From: Podospora anserina
Taxonomy: Eukaryota
Direction of reading: 5' to 3'
Assembly: GCA_017654855.1 (NCBI GenBank)
Contig: CM030334.1
Span: 3,038,001-3,102,000 of the forward strand
DNA length: 64,000 nt
Position 1 is the first letter of the stretch. The number at the start of each line of letters is the position of its first letter. Made by a program: the position numbers and the translations under genes. This document shows positions 45,031 to 58,886 of this stretch, one piece after another. The notes beneath the pieces were generated by a model. That model was not told the DNA's origin and ran no database searches. It was given only the letters and a program-made list of their open reading frames with translations.

Positions 45031-45919
45031 GGAGGTCTTTGTTTTTGTTGGAAAGAGTTGTTATGATAGCTGTGCCAAGTTCTCCTTTAGCATGGCGGGC
45101 GGGTCATAAATGCTATGTTGGCAGTATCGGGCTAGGGTTGTGGTCAAGTGTATAAGAAGGCTGTCAAAAGTGGCAAATGATTCGGAACTCCATGATGAAT
45201 TTAATCAGAGAAACCAAGATATGAGTTGTGGAATGATAAATAACAAAAGAGTGTCCATCAACCCAGACACTGCAAAGTGTGGAATTAGCAAGGCGTTGAT
45301 ACCAGTGCTACATGTCAAGTCATCTTAGATCCCCCATCCCGCAGTGCTAGAGTTTTTAACCAACATGCAATTTCAACCTTCTCAAGCCGCCACGATCTTT
45401 CCAACCGCCTTCACTGCTCAGGGTGCATTTCGCTAGTATTGCCCACAACGCAATCGGGTACACTTCCCGCTCACTGAATATGTGTCGCGTGCTCACGCTC
45501 GAGTCTCGTGGAAAGATCTTCAAGTCTATATCTACCTGACTTTATGTATATGTAGACCCCCCTCCCCCCAAAGTCGACTTACAAGAGCGAGTGAAACCTC
45601 CTGTAACATATCCGCTGCCAATTTCATACAATCCCTATTCTCAACGCTATCATCCATCGCTACCAGAGAAAAAATCCAAAAAAATCCGCAGGCACCTGCG
45701 GGTTCTTCCTGAAACAGGGACTACTTCCCCGCATAAACCCCCCATCAGATTCTCCCTCCTCATCCTCATCAGGCCCTCCCCCTGGGTACCCATCATCCCA
45801 CAATTTTCTTTTCGCTTGGGCCTAGGTCTTGGAGGAGGCAGATATACAGGATTCAGCTAAATTGGCAGATCCCAAAGCACCCTCCATTTTTTCCACGCAG
45901 CATAAATCCAGCCAGGATT

Positions 45920-47911
45920 CTAGCTCAGTCTGTTAGCTTTCTTTCGGAAATCAATGCAAATTTCCCCCATGAGGTCCGGCCCAATCGCCGCCACCAGCTC
46001 TGCTATCCTTGACTTGAGCCTCCCGTGTTGGCTAATCTCCTCCGAGTCCCAGATGACCAGCTCGGATGCCTCGATGAACCGGTCATGTTGGTCGGACTTG
46101 AGTAGGAGACCACCCATGTCTACCTCTTCCATTTCGGCCAGTGATGGGATACCGGGCATATCGCTTGTGAGGAGGAAACCTTCCTCTTCGTCGTCTTCGT
46201 CCTCGGAGGGTTTGACGTTTAGGGCGTCGTTTTCCTGTTGGGTCCCCCCGTCCTCGTCGTTGTTGTTGGCCTCTTCGTCATCAAGAACACTGTCACCGTT
46301 CATTAACTGCTGCTGCCGCCTTCTCTCCCTCGACAAAGAAACATAATGGTGCTTGTCATACAGCGCCAACATCTCCTCGTCCAGTGGATCCCATTGCAGA
46401 GTCTCCGGATCAAGAACATATTGAGGTCGATAGTCAATCTTGTATCTCATTTTGGCGCAGGTGTGGACATAGTAGCCGGGATACCACCACCGATAGCCTG
46501 CTTCACGAGCTAAAGCAATCTCTCTCATCGCCCCGAGCTTTCCTGGGTTGAGAAAATGGATCGACTCATGGTACATGAAGTACACCGCACTGACGGCGTT
46601 AGGTAAGAGATCCAAAACACCCACGGCGACAAGCTCGCCGTCGATCCGATAGCATTGATGGTAACTGCCCAACTTGCGTTCAGTCCCGTCCGCCCCCACT
46701 ATGGTGCCACGGGTCAAAGGTGAGTCGCATAAGAACCTTCTAAATCCCACGCGAGATATCTTGAGTGGTGGTTCACGATGCACGATGCGCTGGTAGTTCT
46801 CGAATACCTTGTACTTTTCGTCGGTGAATGCATCGGGCTCTAGCGTGACCGAGAACTCGTGGGATGGCGCCGGTGGGGGTCCTTTGAGATACTTGGCTTC
46901 AGACTCATGAACCTTGCTGACTAGGTCAAAATCATTTTTTTCCTTCCTCGCTTGCTCGCGTGACCGTGGGTACAGCCGCGCCGCGTCTCTCGCATAGGTA
47001 TCTCCGAGGATGTGGCGGTTGAAGCGGTTGAGAGCCTGTCGTTGGTCCTTGGTAGGCTTATACTCGGCCGAGTCTAGGCGGAGGGTGTAATGCGGACAAC
47101 ATGAATTCTTCTGGTTTGGTCGGTAGAGCAACGTCCCCGACCGACGCCAAAACCTATCCACCAGCTTTTGATAAAAGGCGGGCTCTAAAGACCTTGAGAC
47201 CGCATAATATGACCATCCTACAGAGAGTACCACTGTTAGATGCTGCCAGCTAGGATCAAATGTCGAAAATCGAAAGCATACAGGGCAAAAAAGGGTCCAA
47301 TAGTAAAAGGGGTATTACGTTGTTTGTCTGGCTGACCATTTGAACTGGCACGACAATATCCACACTCGGAAGAGTTACTGTACCCTACAATATTCGGTGG
47401 TCAGCAACATCACTGGTACCTTCAAGGTATCAAAGCCTAAGAAAAGAACACCAAGAGGCAAAGGCAGGGAAGGTGTGCCAAGTATATGGGCTTGCCCTGA
47501 CCGAGGTCAATGTGGGAGAGCAACCACACAGTGATCTCGACGTAATCTCGCCACGAGTGCGCTTGTATCTCTGACACAAGGAAACGAAGGAGACCGTGTA
47601 TACTGCAGGCGGGTGTGTGGGATAACCCCAACAGAACAGAGAGGCTGACAAGTGACAAGAAACACAATGTTGAGACTGTTGATGGTTGAACATGACATAC
47701 GACCACCCGCCTTGTACAGAATGCGGGAGGAGATCGCGTGGGCAAGGCGAGATAGCCAACGGTAGTGCCCAGTTGATGCACATGGCCCAGATGGTTGGAT
47801 GAGGAGCATTGGAAGCTGAGGAAAAAGCAACTCACCGATTGGATAGATGTATGACAGTGGTGCTGCTGCAGCATCGTCAGGGGTCTGCAGGTATGGCCTG
47901 GTCCCTGCCAT
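45920..47911 (-). CDS. ATE1: Arginyl-tRNA--protein transferase, 3 exons
   Basis: SYIYPIG|YSNSSECGYC, WRRSGTLLYRP..SCCPHYTLRL, GSYHQCYRIDG.LVAVGVLDLLP..VSAVY and GYYVH.C.KMRYK. Exons 47911-47836, 47384-47319 and 47217-45920 (introns 451 and 101 nt). Confidence 0.93.
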
Positions 47912-50900
47912 TCTGTTGCCTTGCCCTGTTACCGCAGTTGACACGAACAGCTGGTCAAGACAGCGTGGGGCCGGGCCGTACTACCTACTACCCACACGCC
48001 GGAGTCGGGCAGGGGCCTAGGGTCGGGTGCCTGTGGAAGAAGGTTGTGTGGTGGACGGAACTTGACGGAACGAGATGTCTCGTCAGGAAAGGCGGCAAGG
48101 TGCCAGATCCGCCGTGGTATGTCCAGTTTCCGTCGATATCGAGGGGTGGTTGATCAAGCCGGATCCAATCAGGTCTGTGGTGACGGGGTGATGGCTTAGG
48201 GCCAAGAGGGGATTGGAAGCCTCGAGCGGACGGGTCTTGGTTGAAGGTGTTCGGCAGCGGTTGAGAGACACCAAAATACCCGAGCACTGTCTCCAGGAAA
48301 AGACCCAGCTAGGTGGACTGCCAGTGTGTCGTACGGCGGCGGTGCTGAGAACCCGAACGCAGAGGGGCCGTCAAGGAGGACCCCACAGTGTGACGGTCAA
48401 ATGTCGCGTTTGGGGATGGGTGGGAGCAGGAAATGATAATGGATGGAAAGGGGAGGTTGGCGGCCAAGAGTTGTCATGTGTACATCTGACTGTGATAGGC
48501 TGCCCACAACCCGGAAAGTTGTTTGGAGCTGCTGGTGAGGTGTTGTGAGGCTGGGAAAGAGAGAGGCAGAAGCAGAAGCCTGTTGGTGAACGACGGGACT
48601 GAGATGCGCGATGGTGTGACCCCCACTCCAACTGTGCGAACTGCTGCCCCGCACCAGTCAAATATGCAGTGCTCATTGCTGGCTGATCCAGGGGGTTTGA
48701 CACGGGATAGGAAAGTGGGTGTAATTCGAGAAGACTCCAGATGATCGGTAGATGGATATTGTTGCTCTCTATTTTGTTCAAGACCATCGTCCAGTACGAG
48801 CAATAGAGGCTCGTGACAGCTCACGACACCAGAAAGATGGAGATGTGGGGAGCGGGCTGATCGATCTGTCGTCACCACGGATAACACAAAAGCTTGTCTC
48901 CGATATGGTCCGTGCTGCTTGCTACCTTAGTAATCAGCTCAACATCCAGGGTAACAGTGATGACTTTCTTCAACAAAGGCTGAACTACACTCTTCAAACA
49001 TGTTTCACCGCCTGGAAACAATGAAATTTGCAGGATTTGACTCACCCGCTCGGCTCCCATCCACTAGTCTTCGACACTCGGCATCTCAGGTGACGTTGGC
49101 ATGGAGAGTACGAAGTATATGTGGACCACAGACGGTGTTCCGTCGGCGGTGGCAGTCAAGCCACGATGAACCAGACAGAACCAAGCCTGACTCGGTGAAT
49201 TCATGTCCCGGGTTTCGGTTTCTTGTATTGGAAGCGTTGCAACACAGATGGAAACCCCCACACAAGAGAGGTTCCATAGCCCGTCTTTGTTCCTCGTGAA
49301 GTACCCTCCAATTCTCTCTTCTTTCGGCACGGAAGTCTTGAGAAAAATATACCGGGGAACCAAACCCGAACACTGGGAAGCGGAACCGTGGCGTCAAACC
49401 CCCTGTCTGACCGCCCAGTGACAGCTAGGGAGTCCCGAACAGAGGTGCCATGCCAGTGTTGCCAGTCGCCAGATACCTGGAGGTAGAGTGAGGTGGTGGC
49501 ATCTGTAAGCGGGAGGTGGACAAGTACCTACTACCTCTACCCCACGCGACCGGGAGCTTTTTCATTGCTACATAGGTACTCAGCCAAAACTGGCAAAATC
49601 TTAGTTGCTCTTCTTGTTGGAGCTTCCTTTCTCCCTCATTGTGCTCTACCTCTTCCCCATGGCTTTTTCATCACGCCGAGCTCCGTGATGCCCCTCGCCG
49701 CCATGAGGTGTGGGGAACCCGGAACCCTGGGGAGGCAGAAGAGAGAGATGGAGGCTTGAATGCTATGTGAACTGCCCCCATGCCACGGCAGCACACACAC
49801 CACATGAGGGCCAAAGAAGTAGAGGTTGCAGAGGACCTCTCGATGGCTCGGCTTGTCCCAACCCAAAGAGACTTTTTCTGTTCTCCCCCATGGGGCCATA
49901 GCCATGTACCTGTACGAATGATGTACGCCGTAAAGCATAAAAGCCAACTCTATCCCGCTGCAAAAGCTTCCCCTCCTTCATTTTGATCTGGGGGGCACAA
50001 ACGGTGTGCCCACCAGCAAGAGTCCAGAGCTACCTCCCTGATTGAGAGCCTGAGACTGCTTGTGCTTTGGCTGGCAACATTACCCTGCAGGTGCTCGCTC
50101 ACCCACGTAGCAACAACCGTATTTTTATTTTATTTTCGTTCCCCTTTCGAGTGCCCTGACCTGCGGGTGTGGTCCAGGCCTATCGACCTGATTCCTTCAG
50201 CTGTCGTTGTTGTGTGGGCGACCGCCTTTCAAAGGGCCAGCTGGACTCCGTTGCCGGCCGCCGAGCGCGTTCGCGTAAAGTGCCAAAAGCCAAAAAGTTC
50301 TTCTCCGACGCCAACGTCGCGCAACTCCAACGCCCCCTTGTCGGCCACGAACCACAACCTCCGACTGCTCTCCCGAAGCTTTTCGCCTTCGTGGTAGAGC
50401 TTCACACTCTCTTCCGCCTCCCAGAGCGCCACCGAGCTTCTCTTGCTGCAGCAGAACACCTGTTCGTAACACAAGAGTAGCGGAGGGACCAGAACTGCCC
50501 GTGGACCAGGACCGAGAACTGCGCCGCACCTCTCTCGCTCATCAAACCTCCCACTCACTCATTCACTTGCCTTGCTCCTGCTCGCAAGGCGAGCTTTGAC
50601 AGGGGACCATATTCACTTGGTGCTTGCTCTCTCCAGACGTGAATTGAGCTTCACCAGCCCATTCATTCCAGGCCATTCACCACTCGCCCCACAGGCCTCT
50701 CAACGTTCACTGAGACGGACATATTTAAGCCATCACCGTCTGTCACAAACCTTGGCCAGAACACCACCATCTCTGACTTCTGCCCACACCCAAGCAACTA
50801 CTTCTTCTCCGACCATGCCTGCCAACAATCTTTAAGCAAGAGGCTGCACTCACTGCATCCCACAGCCCCATCACTGCGCTCGGAAAGACATCCACTCACC

Positions 50901-51012
50901 CCTATCACAACATACCCCGATCACCCACGTCATTTGCCGACTTGCGCTCGCATCGAGTACTTATCTGCACCCCTCAACAATCGAAACCCACGGTTTCACA
51001 GCAGTAGTCACA

Positions 51013-51631
51013 ATGGCCGCCAGCGGGAGCAATCGTCCCATGGAGTCGCGTACCGGGCGTGTTAAGCAGAGTAAGTCGCTTCGGCCAAGTCGTTGGGAAA
51101 TGCTTGTTTCAAGGTTCCCACTGCTTATGTGGGCTTGTGTTTTTGGGAGACCTCCAAACGGACGGGTCAAACTGACTTTCTTGCCTCACAGGGTACAACA
51201 GTAAAGGCGAGCGTCTGGTGGCTGGAGTGGTCCCTCTGTCGGCCGACAAGAGCTATGTGCTCATGATTCAGTCTACTCGGCGCAAGGGTTGGGTCCTCCC
51301 CAAGGGTGGCTGGGAGCTGGACGAGGAGTGCACAGAGGCGGCTGCCCGCGAGGCTTGGGAGGAGGCTGGGATCCTGGTGACGATCGACTATGATTTGGGC
51401 GACATCGAAGAGACCAGTCCCCGCAAGAAGAACAGCTCATCCGGCAAATCCAAGCAGAAGGAGGCGGCCCTTTACCGATTTTATGAGGCGACGGTCAACA
51501 GCGAGGAGATTGAGTGGCCCGAGAAGGAGAAGCGGGAGCGCAAGTGGTTCACGTTTGCCGAAGCCTTTGAGCAACTCAAGGACCGCCCCGAGCTGCAAAC
51601 CGCCTTGCAGCGTTCCACCATGAAGAGGTAG
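51013..51631 (+). CDS. DDP1: Nudix hydrolase, diphosphoinositol polyphosphate phosphohydrolase (Aps1/Ddp1), 2 exons
   Basis: ESRTGRVKQR|YNSKGERLVAGVVP and Nudix box WVLPKGGWE.DE...AAAREAWEEAG, plus WPE. Intron at 51071-51191. Confidence 0.92.
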
Positions 51632-52526
51632 TCGCGATGCTTGGCCATATCACAAGGACGACAAAATTGCCGACCCTTGACGTGCCCAGTCGCAAAGCAA
51701 AGCGCAAAGCGGGAACTTGGGAGATAAATGGACTGGGGCTATTTCTAGTTCAGGATCGATCAAGCCGGTGTTGCTTCTTCTGGAATCATCTGATATGGCA
51801 GATGTTTCGCCTTCTCTCTTTTGTCTTTTTCCATCTTGGTGTTCTTCCGTGTTCTTTTGTGAAAGGCTATTTGTTTCTTCTCTAGGTCTTATCATGCGAA
51901 CCTAGCTCCGGCTGGTTTTGCATATGGCTCTGGGGGGGTTATGCATCTCGGAGTGGTCCTGATAGATCTGCGTGCGCGATTTGTTTTGGGGGGCCTCGGA
52001 GTCTCGTATTTCCTCATGTCAGACGAAAATTGGTGTTTTGGGTGGCCGATGTTCTCTTTCATTTCATCTTGCGAGTTTTGCTTGGTAAAAATCATTTGGA
52101 CATATGGGATACAAAAACCAGGAACAATGGGTTGGCATTTTGATATTCTGGGGATGATGGTTGCATTTCTGACCCTTACATATTTTAGAGGAGACCGTGG
52201 GGAAGACGTGGTTTTACACAAAAATGACGAGACGGGGTAATACATGTATCCTCGTCTCTTTCTTTGGCGGGTATTGTCTATTTTGCATCTAGCATATCAC
52301 CTAGAAATCACCTCTGGACTGTCACCAGTGCCAGACAGCACTTGACCAGTGCTCCTTCCCAAAGAGAATTTGGTATGGACCTGACCTGACGTTCCTTCCT
52401 TGGCACACAGCAATCAAGTGCAAAAGGGAAAGTGCCAGTCTACCTAACTTGTGAACTAACGTACCACTCACTCCTCAATCTTTTCCAGAGAGATGCTGCT
52501 GCCTAACGCTTCCCACATGGCTTGCC

Positions 52527-54011
52527 ATGGACGATCTCCAGACAACCGAGTTTGACATTGGAAGCATTGAGGTTGCTACCATAAATTCCGATCTATCGAT
52601 TGTTCTCACCAGCTCCTGCGTGCTCTCCTTACCCGCAATCTGGGACCACGTTCCAGACGCCATCGAGCTATATAAAGCCTCCTCTGAAGCAATTATCTGG
52701 ATAGCCAAGGCAGGTGGTGATTGTCGGGTGGAATTCTCAACACTGTTGAACGGCGAACCCCTTGATGTTGCAGGCCTAGACCCTGACACTGAAGTCACAA
52801 TCTCCCACTTGGCCGCCGGGTGCGGAGTAAGACCACCTACATTCCTGTCCTGTCGTCTTGTATTGGTTGCTGACATGCCTTAGATCTGGCTGGAGCTCGG
52901 TCTTGATCTTCGACTGAAACACGCGACGCATCCTGAGCTTGAACATAGCAATCCCGAGGCTGTCTACTTTCTACACCACCCAGACCTGTCCTCCAGTCTG
53001 ATCGCACCGCCCGAACTACCATTTGCCAGCTTTCAAGAGTTGAAAGTAGATATCCATTACCACATCAATATGTCATACTCAACAGACGATCAAACCGAGG
53101 CCACAGAAACGACTGGGTTGCCCTTGGAGGACAGATTGGAGGAAGCCATGACACTGCTGGACATTGGGCTTCAGAAGCTGATCGGAGTCAAGAAAAGCAT
53201 ACCGGGGGTGAAGGTCACAAAATCCAACAATGATTTGCCTTCATTGATTGGCATTGCCCCAGCCGTATGGAACATTCCATACTTACAGGTGAGACTCTTA
53301 CATCGCAATCGGTATCCCAGTGACAGCGACTAACAGCTGGCGTAGTCGATGGCAGTACACGCGCAAATGATCCCTTCTCTGGCAAGAAGTATCGTCCGGC
53401 TGAAACACTCCCAGTCACCCAGTCTTCGGAGAAAGGTTGAGGGGTTGATGCCAGGCGATATTGACCCAGAGATATGGGATGTCGATGACGAAATCGAGGA
53501 CGAAATCCGCAAACGCCTTTGGCTTCGATGCCAGACGGGTATTCGGTCGGATCCGATCCAAAGAATCAGCACATCTCAGACAAACGCAGATGACAATAGG
53601 CAGGAGGAAGCTCCCCAGAGACTCCTTGGTGGACCAAAGTCTGCGGAGGAGAGATGTGGTCCTCCTGAATGCGGAGAGGCCATCATCAACCCTCTCCATT
53701 ACGCTTCCACAGCGAACCGACTCGCACACTATTGCGGCATTCCAGAAGGCATTTACGACGACGATAACGACTATGATGAGGGATACGATGCTGATGACAG
53801 CCCCTCAGAGACCGATTCATTTTCACCTTACTCTTCCTCCGACATTGGAGCCCTTCATTCAGACGACTGGCAAGGCAGTTCCGAAGCTGAGTACTTCTAC
53901 ACAGATGGACAAGGGAATGTGGTCACCCTCCAGCAGGATAGTGATTCTACAGAACCAGAGGCCGTAGGATGGGATCGCAGCTCGAGTATTGACACCATGG
54001 ACTTTGAATAA
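52527..54011 (+). CDS. Hypothetical protein with acidic C-terminus, at least 3 exons
   Basis: Three ORFs join in frame through two 57-nt GT-AG introns with branch sites (52827-52883 and 53289-53345). An upstream exon is possible (acceptor CAG at 52488). No family recognised. Confidence 0.7.
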
Positions 54012-54520
54012 TGCTCAGACGACGAACACACGACAAGGGACTGTGAAGAGGAAAGTTGAAGACGTGTTATATGCACCACGAATCATGATTCCAGGTCGGT
54101 CAAAATGACAGAACCCGGCTCTTCAAAGCCGCCACAACCTAGACACCGACCAGACCATCGCCATAGAGCTGTACCTGCCCATCAGCAGCTCACAACGACA
54201 TCCCAAACCAGGATGAGCCGACCAAGCCGCGACCGCACGTTCTTGTCCAAGCGCCCAAAACGATGATGCATCGAAATATCCCCTTTCCGGACCGGAATTC
54301 TTGCCCAACCCCTGGGGCCGAACGTACGGTTCCTGGGCCTTCCACCCATGTATCCACGCCTAGGCAGAATTCGCCCACTTTCCAGCCCTTCAGACCTTTC
54401 AGCCTCCACGACGTACTGGATGGATAGCCTGGTTTATAGCATCGATTGCCAAGTCAAAATCGTCTTCTCCCTCCCTTTTGATGGAATGCGGTTTCCCAAG
54501 CGTCACGGTGCGCCCCAAAT

Positions 54521-54754
54521 TTATTTCTTGGCGCCACCACCCTTCTCAGCCTGCTTCTTCTTTTTCTTGTCCTCCTTTGCCTTCTTCTGTTCGGGCTTCA
54601 TGGTGGCGTAGTGGATGTACCAGATGAGGACGCACTGGAGGATGATAGTGACGAGAACGATGAGAAGGATGGTGAAGAGGATGGGCTGGTCGTTGAGGAC
54701 GGCGACGGCTTCTGGCGTGGCGCCGATGCTGGAGAACCAATCGAATTGACCCAT
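54521..54754 (-). CDS. Small (77 aa) single-pass membrane protein with Lys-rich tail
   Basis: Start context caaaATGG, strong C-ending codon bias, one long hydrophobic helix and a basic C-terminus. Confidence 0.75.
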   Translation of the reverse strand: MGQFDWFSSIGATPEAVAVLNDQPILFTILLIVLVTIILQCVLIWYIHYATMKPEQKKAKEDKKKKKQAEKGGGAKK

Positions 54755-55880
54755 TTTGATTATGTGTGGTGGTTATATAAATGGTATGTGGTGGCGCGTA
54801 AATGGAATATGCTATCGGGGGATAGCGCAAAGATGACTTGATGTCTCGGACGGATGAAGAAGGTAGTGTGATTAAAGAGGCGCTGCCTGCTCGCCGGAAT
54901 AGAATAATTAAATGTACAGGGTAAAAATGAACGTGTTGAAGATTATGGGTTTGAAGGTGAGAATATCTCACGATGTTTTTGGAGGAGGAGAGGAGGCAAA
55001 AAGGAAAGGATGGGCGCGTGGAGTGGGTGAGTGGGCAAGGGGGAAGATTATAGGATAAAACCTCAGACGTCACAATCAAAAAGCGGTGCAATTGATTAAA
55101 AAGGGCGACGTTCTCGGCGGATGGCCACATGGTCTTCAGTAGGCGGCAAAAGGGGGGCTTGGGGGGTCGTTTCAGGTCTGCGACAGAGCGAAGAAAGTCG
55201 CACGATGGGGGGATGGGGGATTAGGTAAGCTTGGTTGGGGGGGTGGTGATTGGTTGGTGGGGGAGCATCGTGGATGGTGTTTTGGGTTGGGCCGTGCTGA
55301 TGGGTGGTGGATGGGCGCACTGTTGGGAATGTGAGGAACGGGAGATCTTCTTCTGCGGGTGTTTTATGAGATCGTTTTGGAGGTTGATGAATGGGAAGGG
55401 AAGATGAGTTGCAAAGGGGGATCACATGACCCGACACGTGATGACCCCAGATCTCGGATCTGCCAAGAATTTGGACATTGTTTAAGCCTGAAAAGTTGGG
55501 AATGAACAAAGCCCCCGGCTTGTCCCGCTCGTTGCAAAAGGTGGGATGTTCGAAAACGCCCGGACCAATTTCCAATTGGAAAGAAGCTTGGACCCAAAAA
55601 AATTGTTGGACGTTCGGTTGCTCGTTCGTCTGTTCGGAGAGGTGTGTGAGTGAGCGAGCGAGCGAGCGAGCTTCTTCCCGGCCGATAATTTCAAGACTTT
55701 TTCTAAACGGTCGGCAGTTGAACCTTTTCGGGTGTAATTCAAAAGGGGGAACCTACAGACGACGCCAGAGTTACAGTAGCGACCGCCGAAGCTCTCTCCC
55801 TCCGGGCACAGCGACATCCTTTCCCACCCCGCCGTAAACCCCCCCCCGCCGCGGGACATACACATATAACGACGGAAGCT

Positions 55881-57516
55881 ATGAGTGTGGCAGCTCGCCC
55901 AGCAGCCAGGAGGCTCGCCTCCTCGGTTGGCTTCCTCTCGACGACAGCCCCGACGACAACCACTTCCACAACCTCGTCCTCGTCCTCTCGAATACCACCA
56001 CAATCCCGCCCCTTCTCCTCCACCCCCGCCACCCAAGCCCGCAAGCACCGCTTCCGCAGCATCACCGCCCACGAAATGGGCCTCATCAAAAAGAACCCCG
56101 CCGCCGTCCCAGACGAGGAAATAGAAAAGCTCCGCGCCAAGTCCCGATTCCGCCCCCTCACCTCCCGCGACCTGGGCGTGCCCGAAAAACGCGACCCCCT
56201 GGCCTCCCAGGAGAGCCTCGACGAGTTCACGGCGGAAACCTTCACAAAGTACACCCCCGCCGAAAAAGCCGAGCTCGCCAGGATGTACACCCCCGAGCAA
56301 ATCGCCGCCCTCGAGGCCGGTGAAGCGACCATCAACCCGAGGGATCTCACCATTCAGGGGAGGCTGAGAACCGACATCTACCGCATGCCGTATATTGACG
56401 ACTTTGCCGAGCACCAGCCCATTATCGACAAGCGCCCCCCCGCCTCCCGCAGCAGGAAGATCTCCCCCCCCGACCCGAACGCGAGGTTCATGAACACGGA
56501 TGAGTTCGTTAGTGATTTGATCCAGTGGGCGGACAAGTTTCGTGTTGGGGAGCCGACGGGGACGTTGAAGAGACTGGAGGACTTTGTTCCGGAGGAGTGG
56601 AAAAAGGTCAAGGAGGGACAGTGGCCTGGGGAGGTGAGGGATGATGCTCACAAGGAGTTTAAAAAGTATCTGCAGGAGGAGATCAACAAGGCGGCCAAGC
56701 AGCAGGAGAATGGGGGGGTTGTGAGCGGCGGGCCGACGGATGCGGATGTGCTGAGTTATATCATTGAGCGGTCGGTCATGACGGACAAGAATATCCAGAC
56801 TCAAAGCTCGCTCGCGCTGGCGTTGCCGGATAAGGTGCCTGGTGTGGCGGGGTTGTACAAGGCGGCGGTTGACCCGGCGGATGAGGGGTTGGACGAGACG
56901 GGTATCTACCAGGATTTGAAGAGGAGGAGCGGGATGAGCGTGCAGGAGATTCTGGCGCTGCAGTGCAAGACGTTGGTGGTGAATTATGTGAGCAACCAGA
57001 CGAGGATGGGCAAGATTCAGAGCACGGTCACGATTGTGGTTGCGGGCAACGGGGACGGGTGGGTGGGGTTGGGGTATGCGAAGAGCCAGGAGCCGATGGT
57101 GGCGGCCACGAAGGCGAGGTTGGACGCCATCAGCAAGATGAGGCCGGTGAGGAGGTATGAGAATAGGACGATTTTTGGGAACGTGGAGGCCAAGGTTTCG
57201 GGGACGGTGGTGAAGTTGTTTGCTAGGCCGCCTGGTATGTTTTTTCCCTTTGATCCTCGGAGTTGCGGTGATGCTGACGAGAAGAAAAAAAACAGGGTTC
57301 GGTCTGAGAGTCCAGCACCGCATTTTCGAAATCTGCCGCGCGGCGGGTATTTATGATCTGTCGGCTCGCGTCCCCCGGTCTCGCAACCCGATGAACACGG
57401 TCAAGGCCACGTTTGAGGCGCTGTTTAACCAAAAGGACCCCGAGGAGATCGCCATGGGACGGGGGAGGAAGCTGGTGGATGTGAGAAAGGTGTATTATGG
57501 CGGTGCTACTCAGTAA
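55881..57516 (+). CDS. MRPS5: Mitochondrial small-subunit ribosomal protein S5 (uS5m), 2 exons
   Basis: Mitochondrial presequence, VSNQTRMGK...[31 protein letters not shown] and [10 protein letters not shown]. Intron at 57235-57295. Confidence 0.93.
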
Positions 57517-57750
57517 ATCTTGAAACAAAACTTCTCCAGTGCATATAAAAGAACTTTAGAGGGGGGGGGTGGTAGTGTGTAAGAAAAGGATGGTAGACAT
57601 TGTACAATTGTATAAAAACATGTTTGATTCAAGTAAAGAAAATGTAAATGGAAGGGTGGTGTGAAGCGGTTGTTGTATTGGGTATCATATCTTTTGCTTT
57701 CCTTGCTCACATCTTTCCTCCTGTGATTTGTTATGTCTATATGACTTTTC

Positions 57751-57793
57751 TCACTCATCATCATCATCATCATCAAAGTGATCCCCCTCCTGA

Positions 57794-57827
<34 letters not shown>

Positions 57828-58180
57828 GATCACCCCCACCACCCCAGCCCATCTCCTGCTGCAGAACAATGCTGTAGACACTTGCTTTTAGGAGGGTGAA
57901 AACCAACGAGGTCTTGCGCTCGAGCTCGCGGAGGCCATCGAGGATTTCGACTGTGGGGTTGGAGGCTAGGGTGTCGAGGAGGGAGGCGAGCTGTGGGGTG
58001 GAGAGGGGTGTTAGATTTTGACGATGATGATGGTGAAAGGGAAACGAAAGGAGGGAAGGGACAAACTTTTTTCATGTTATCTGCCAACCGCTCATATTCC
58101 TCGAGGACTTCTTGCTCTGTTGGGGTGAGTTCTGGGGGGGAGCCGGGGTGGAGGGCGGAGGTGGGGCGGGTGATGTCCAT
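57751..58180 (-). CDS. DAD3: DASH/Dam1 complex subunit Dad3, 2 exons, with polyQ/polyD tail
   Basis: LTPTEQEVLEEYERLADNMKK|LASLL...ILDGLRELERKTSLVFTLLKASVYSIVLQQ. Intron at 58066-57991. The tail is encoded by (CAA)n and (GAT)n runs. Confidence 0.92.
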
Positions 58181-58664
58181 TCTGCTTGCTTTGTAATTTC
58201 TGAGTTGGGTAGGTATGTGGTTGTGAAGGTGAAGGCAAGTGGTAAGTAGTGAGAATATTGTCGTGAGTTGATGAGATATGGCGGTCGTAATAATTGAGAA
58301 TGAGAGAAGTGACGCGCGTGGGGTCAAGCTTGAGAGGTGTGAGGTGAAGTTGGTGTAATTAAGTGGGGCGAGGGGTGTGTTCAATACGGTTATTTACAGC
58401 TTTACGTGGGATGGGGCGTATATTAAGTTGTTTCAGGGGGTTTGTTGACCATGTCTTTTCACGTTGACTTCCATCAAGATGGTGTTAAAGAGACCGGTTC
58501 AGAATCATTGAGCTGAGTTCATAAATACGAAACCGCCTCTGTCAAAGAAGAGCGATACACCCCCCCAGATCCGAGGGCGATGAAAATGCGACAAACAAAA
58601 CCCAAACACAAAAGAAAGCCTATCCACCATATAGTCTTCCAAATCCAAACTCCGTCGGACGATG

Positions 58665-58886
58665 TCATTTCTTCTTCATATCCTTCCCCTTACTCTTATC
58701 ACCGCCACCCTTCTTGTTCCCACCACCACCCTTCCCCTTGGTGCCATCCTTAAGCGGATCACTCCACGTCTCATCACTTCCCCAAGCTGTCATGCTGGCC
58801 CCTTGGCTAGAGTAATACGCCGCGTCCGCAGCCGTGAAGGCGTCGTCTTCTTCTCCTCCGCTGTCGGTGTTATCGCCGAATGACAT
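58665..58886 (-). CDS. Small hypothetical protein (73 aa), acidic N-half and Gly/Lys-rich C-half
   Basis: ATG in aaaagATG context with protein-like composition. No family recognised. Confidence 0.4.
   Translation of the reverse strand: MSFGDNTDSGGEEDDAFTAADAAYYSSQGASMTAWGSDETWSDPLKDGTKGKGGGGNKKGGGDKSKGKDMKKK

Noticed and set aside
27996-47911. UCH, PARP-E2 and ATE1 as a ubiquitin/N-degron gene cluster
   Set aside because: They are interleaved with unrelated housekeeping genes, and ubiquitin-related genes are common enough to co-occur by chance.
50815-50835. Short uORF (MPANNL) upstream of DDP1
   Set aside because: The transcription start is unknown, so it cannot be shown to lie in the mRNA.
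55482-57323. 613-aa ORF antisense to MRPS5
   Set aside because: Shadow ORF caused by the biased codon usage of the real gene. It has an Arg/His/Leu-rich nonsense composition and no domain.
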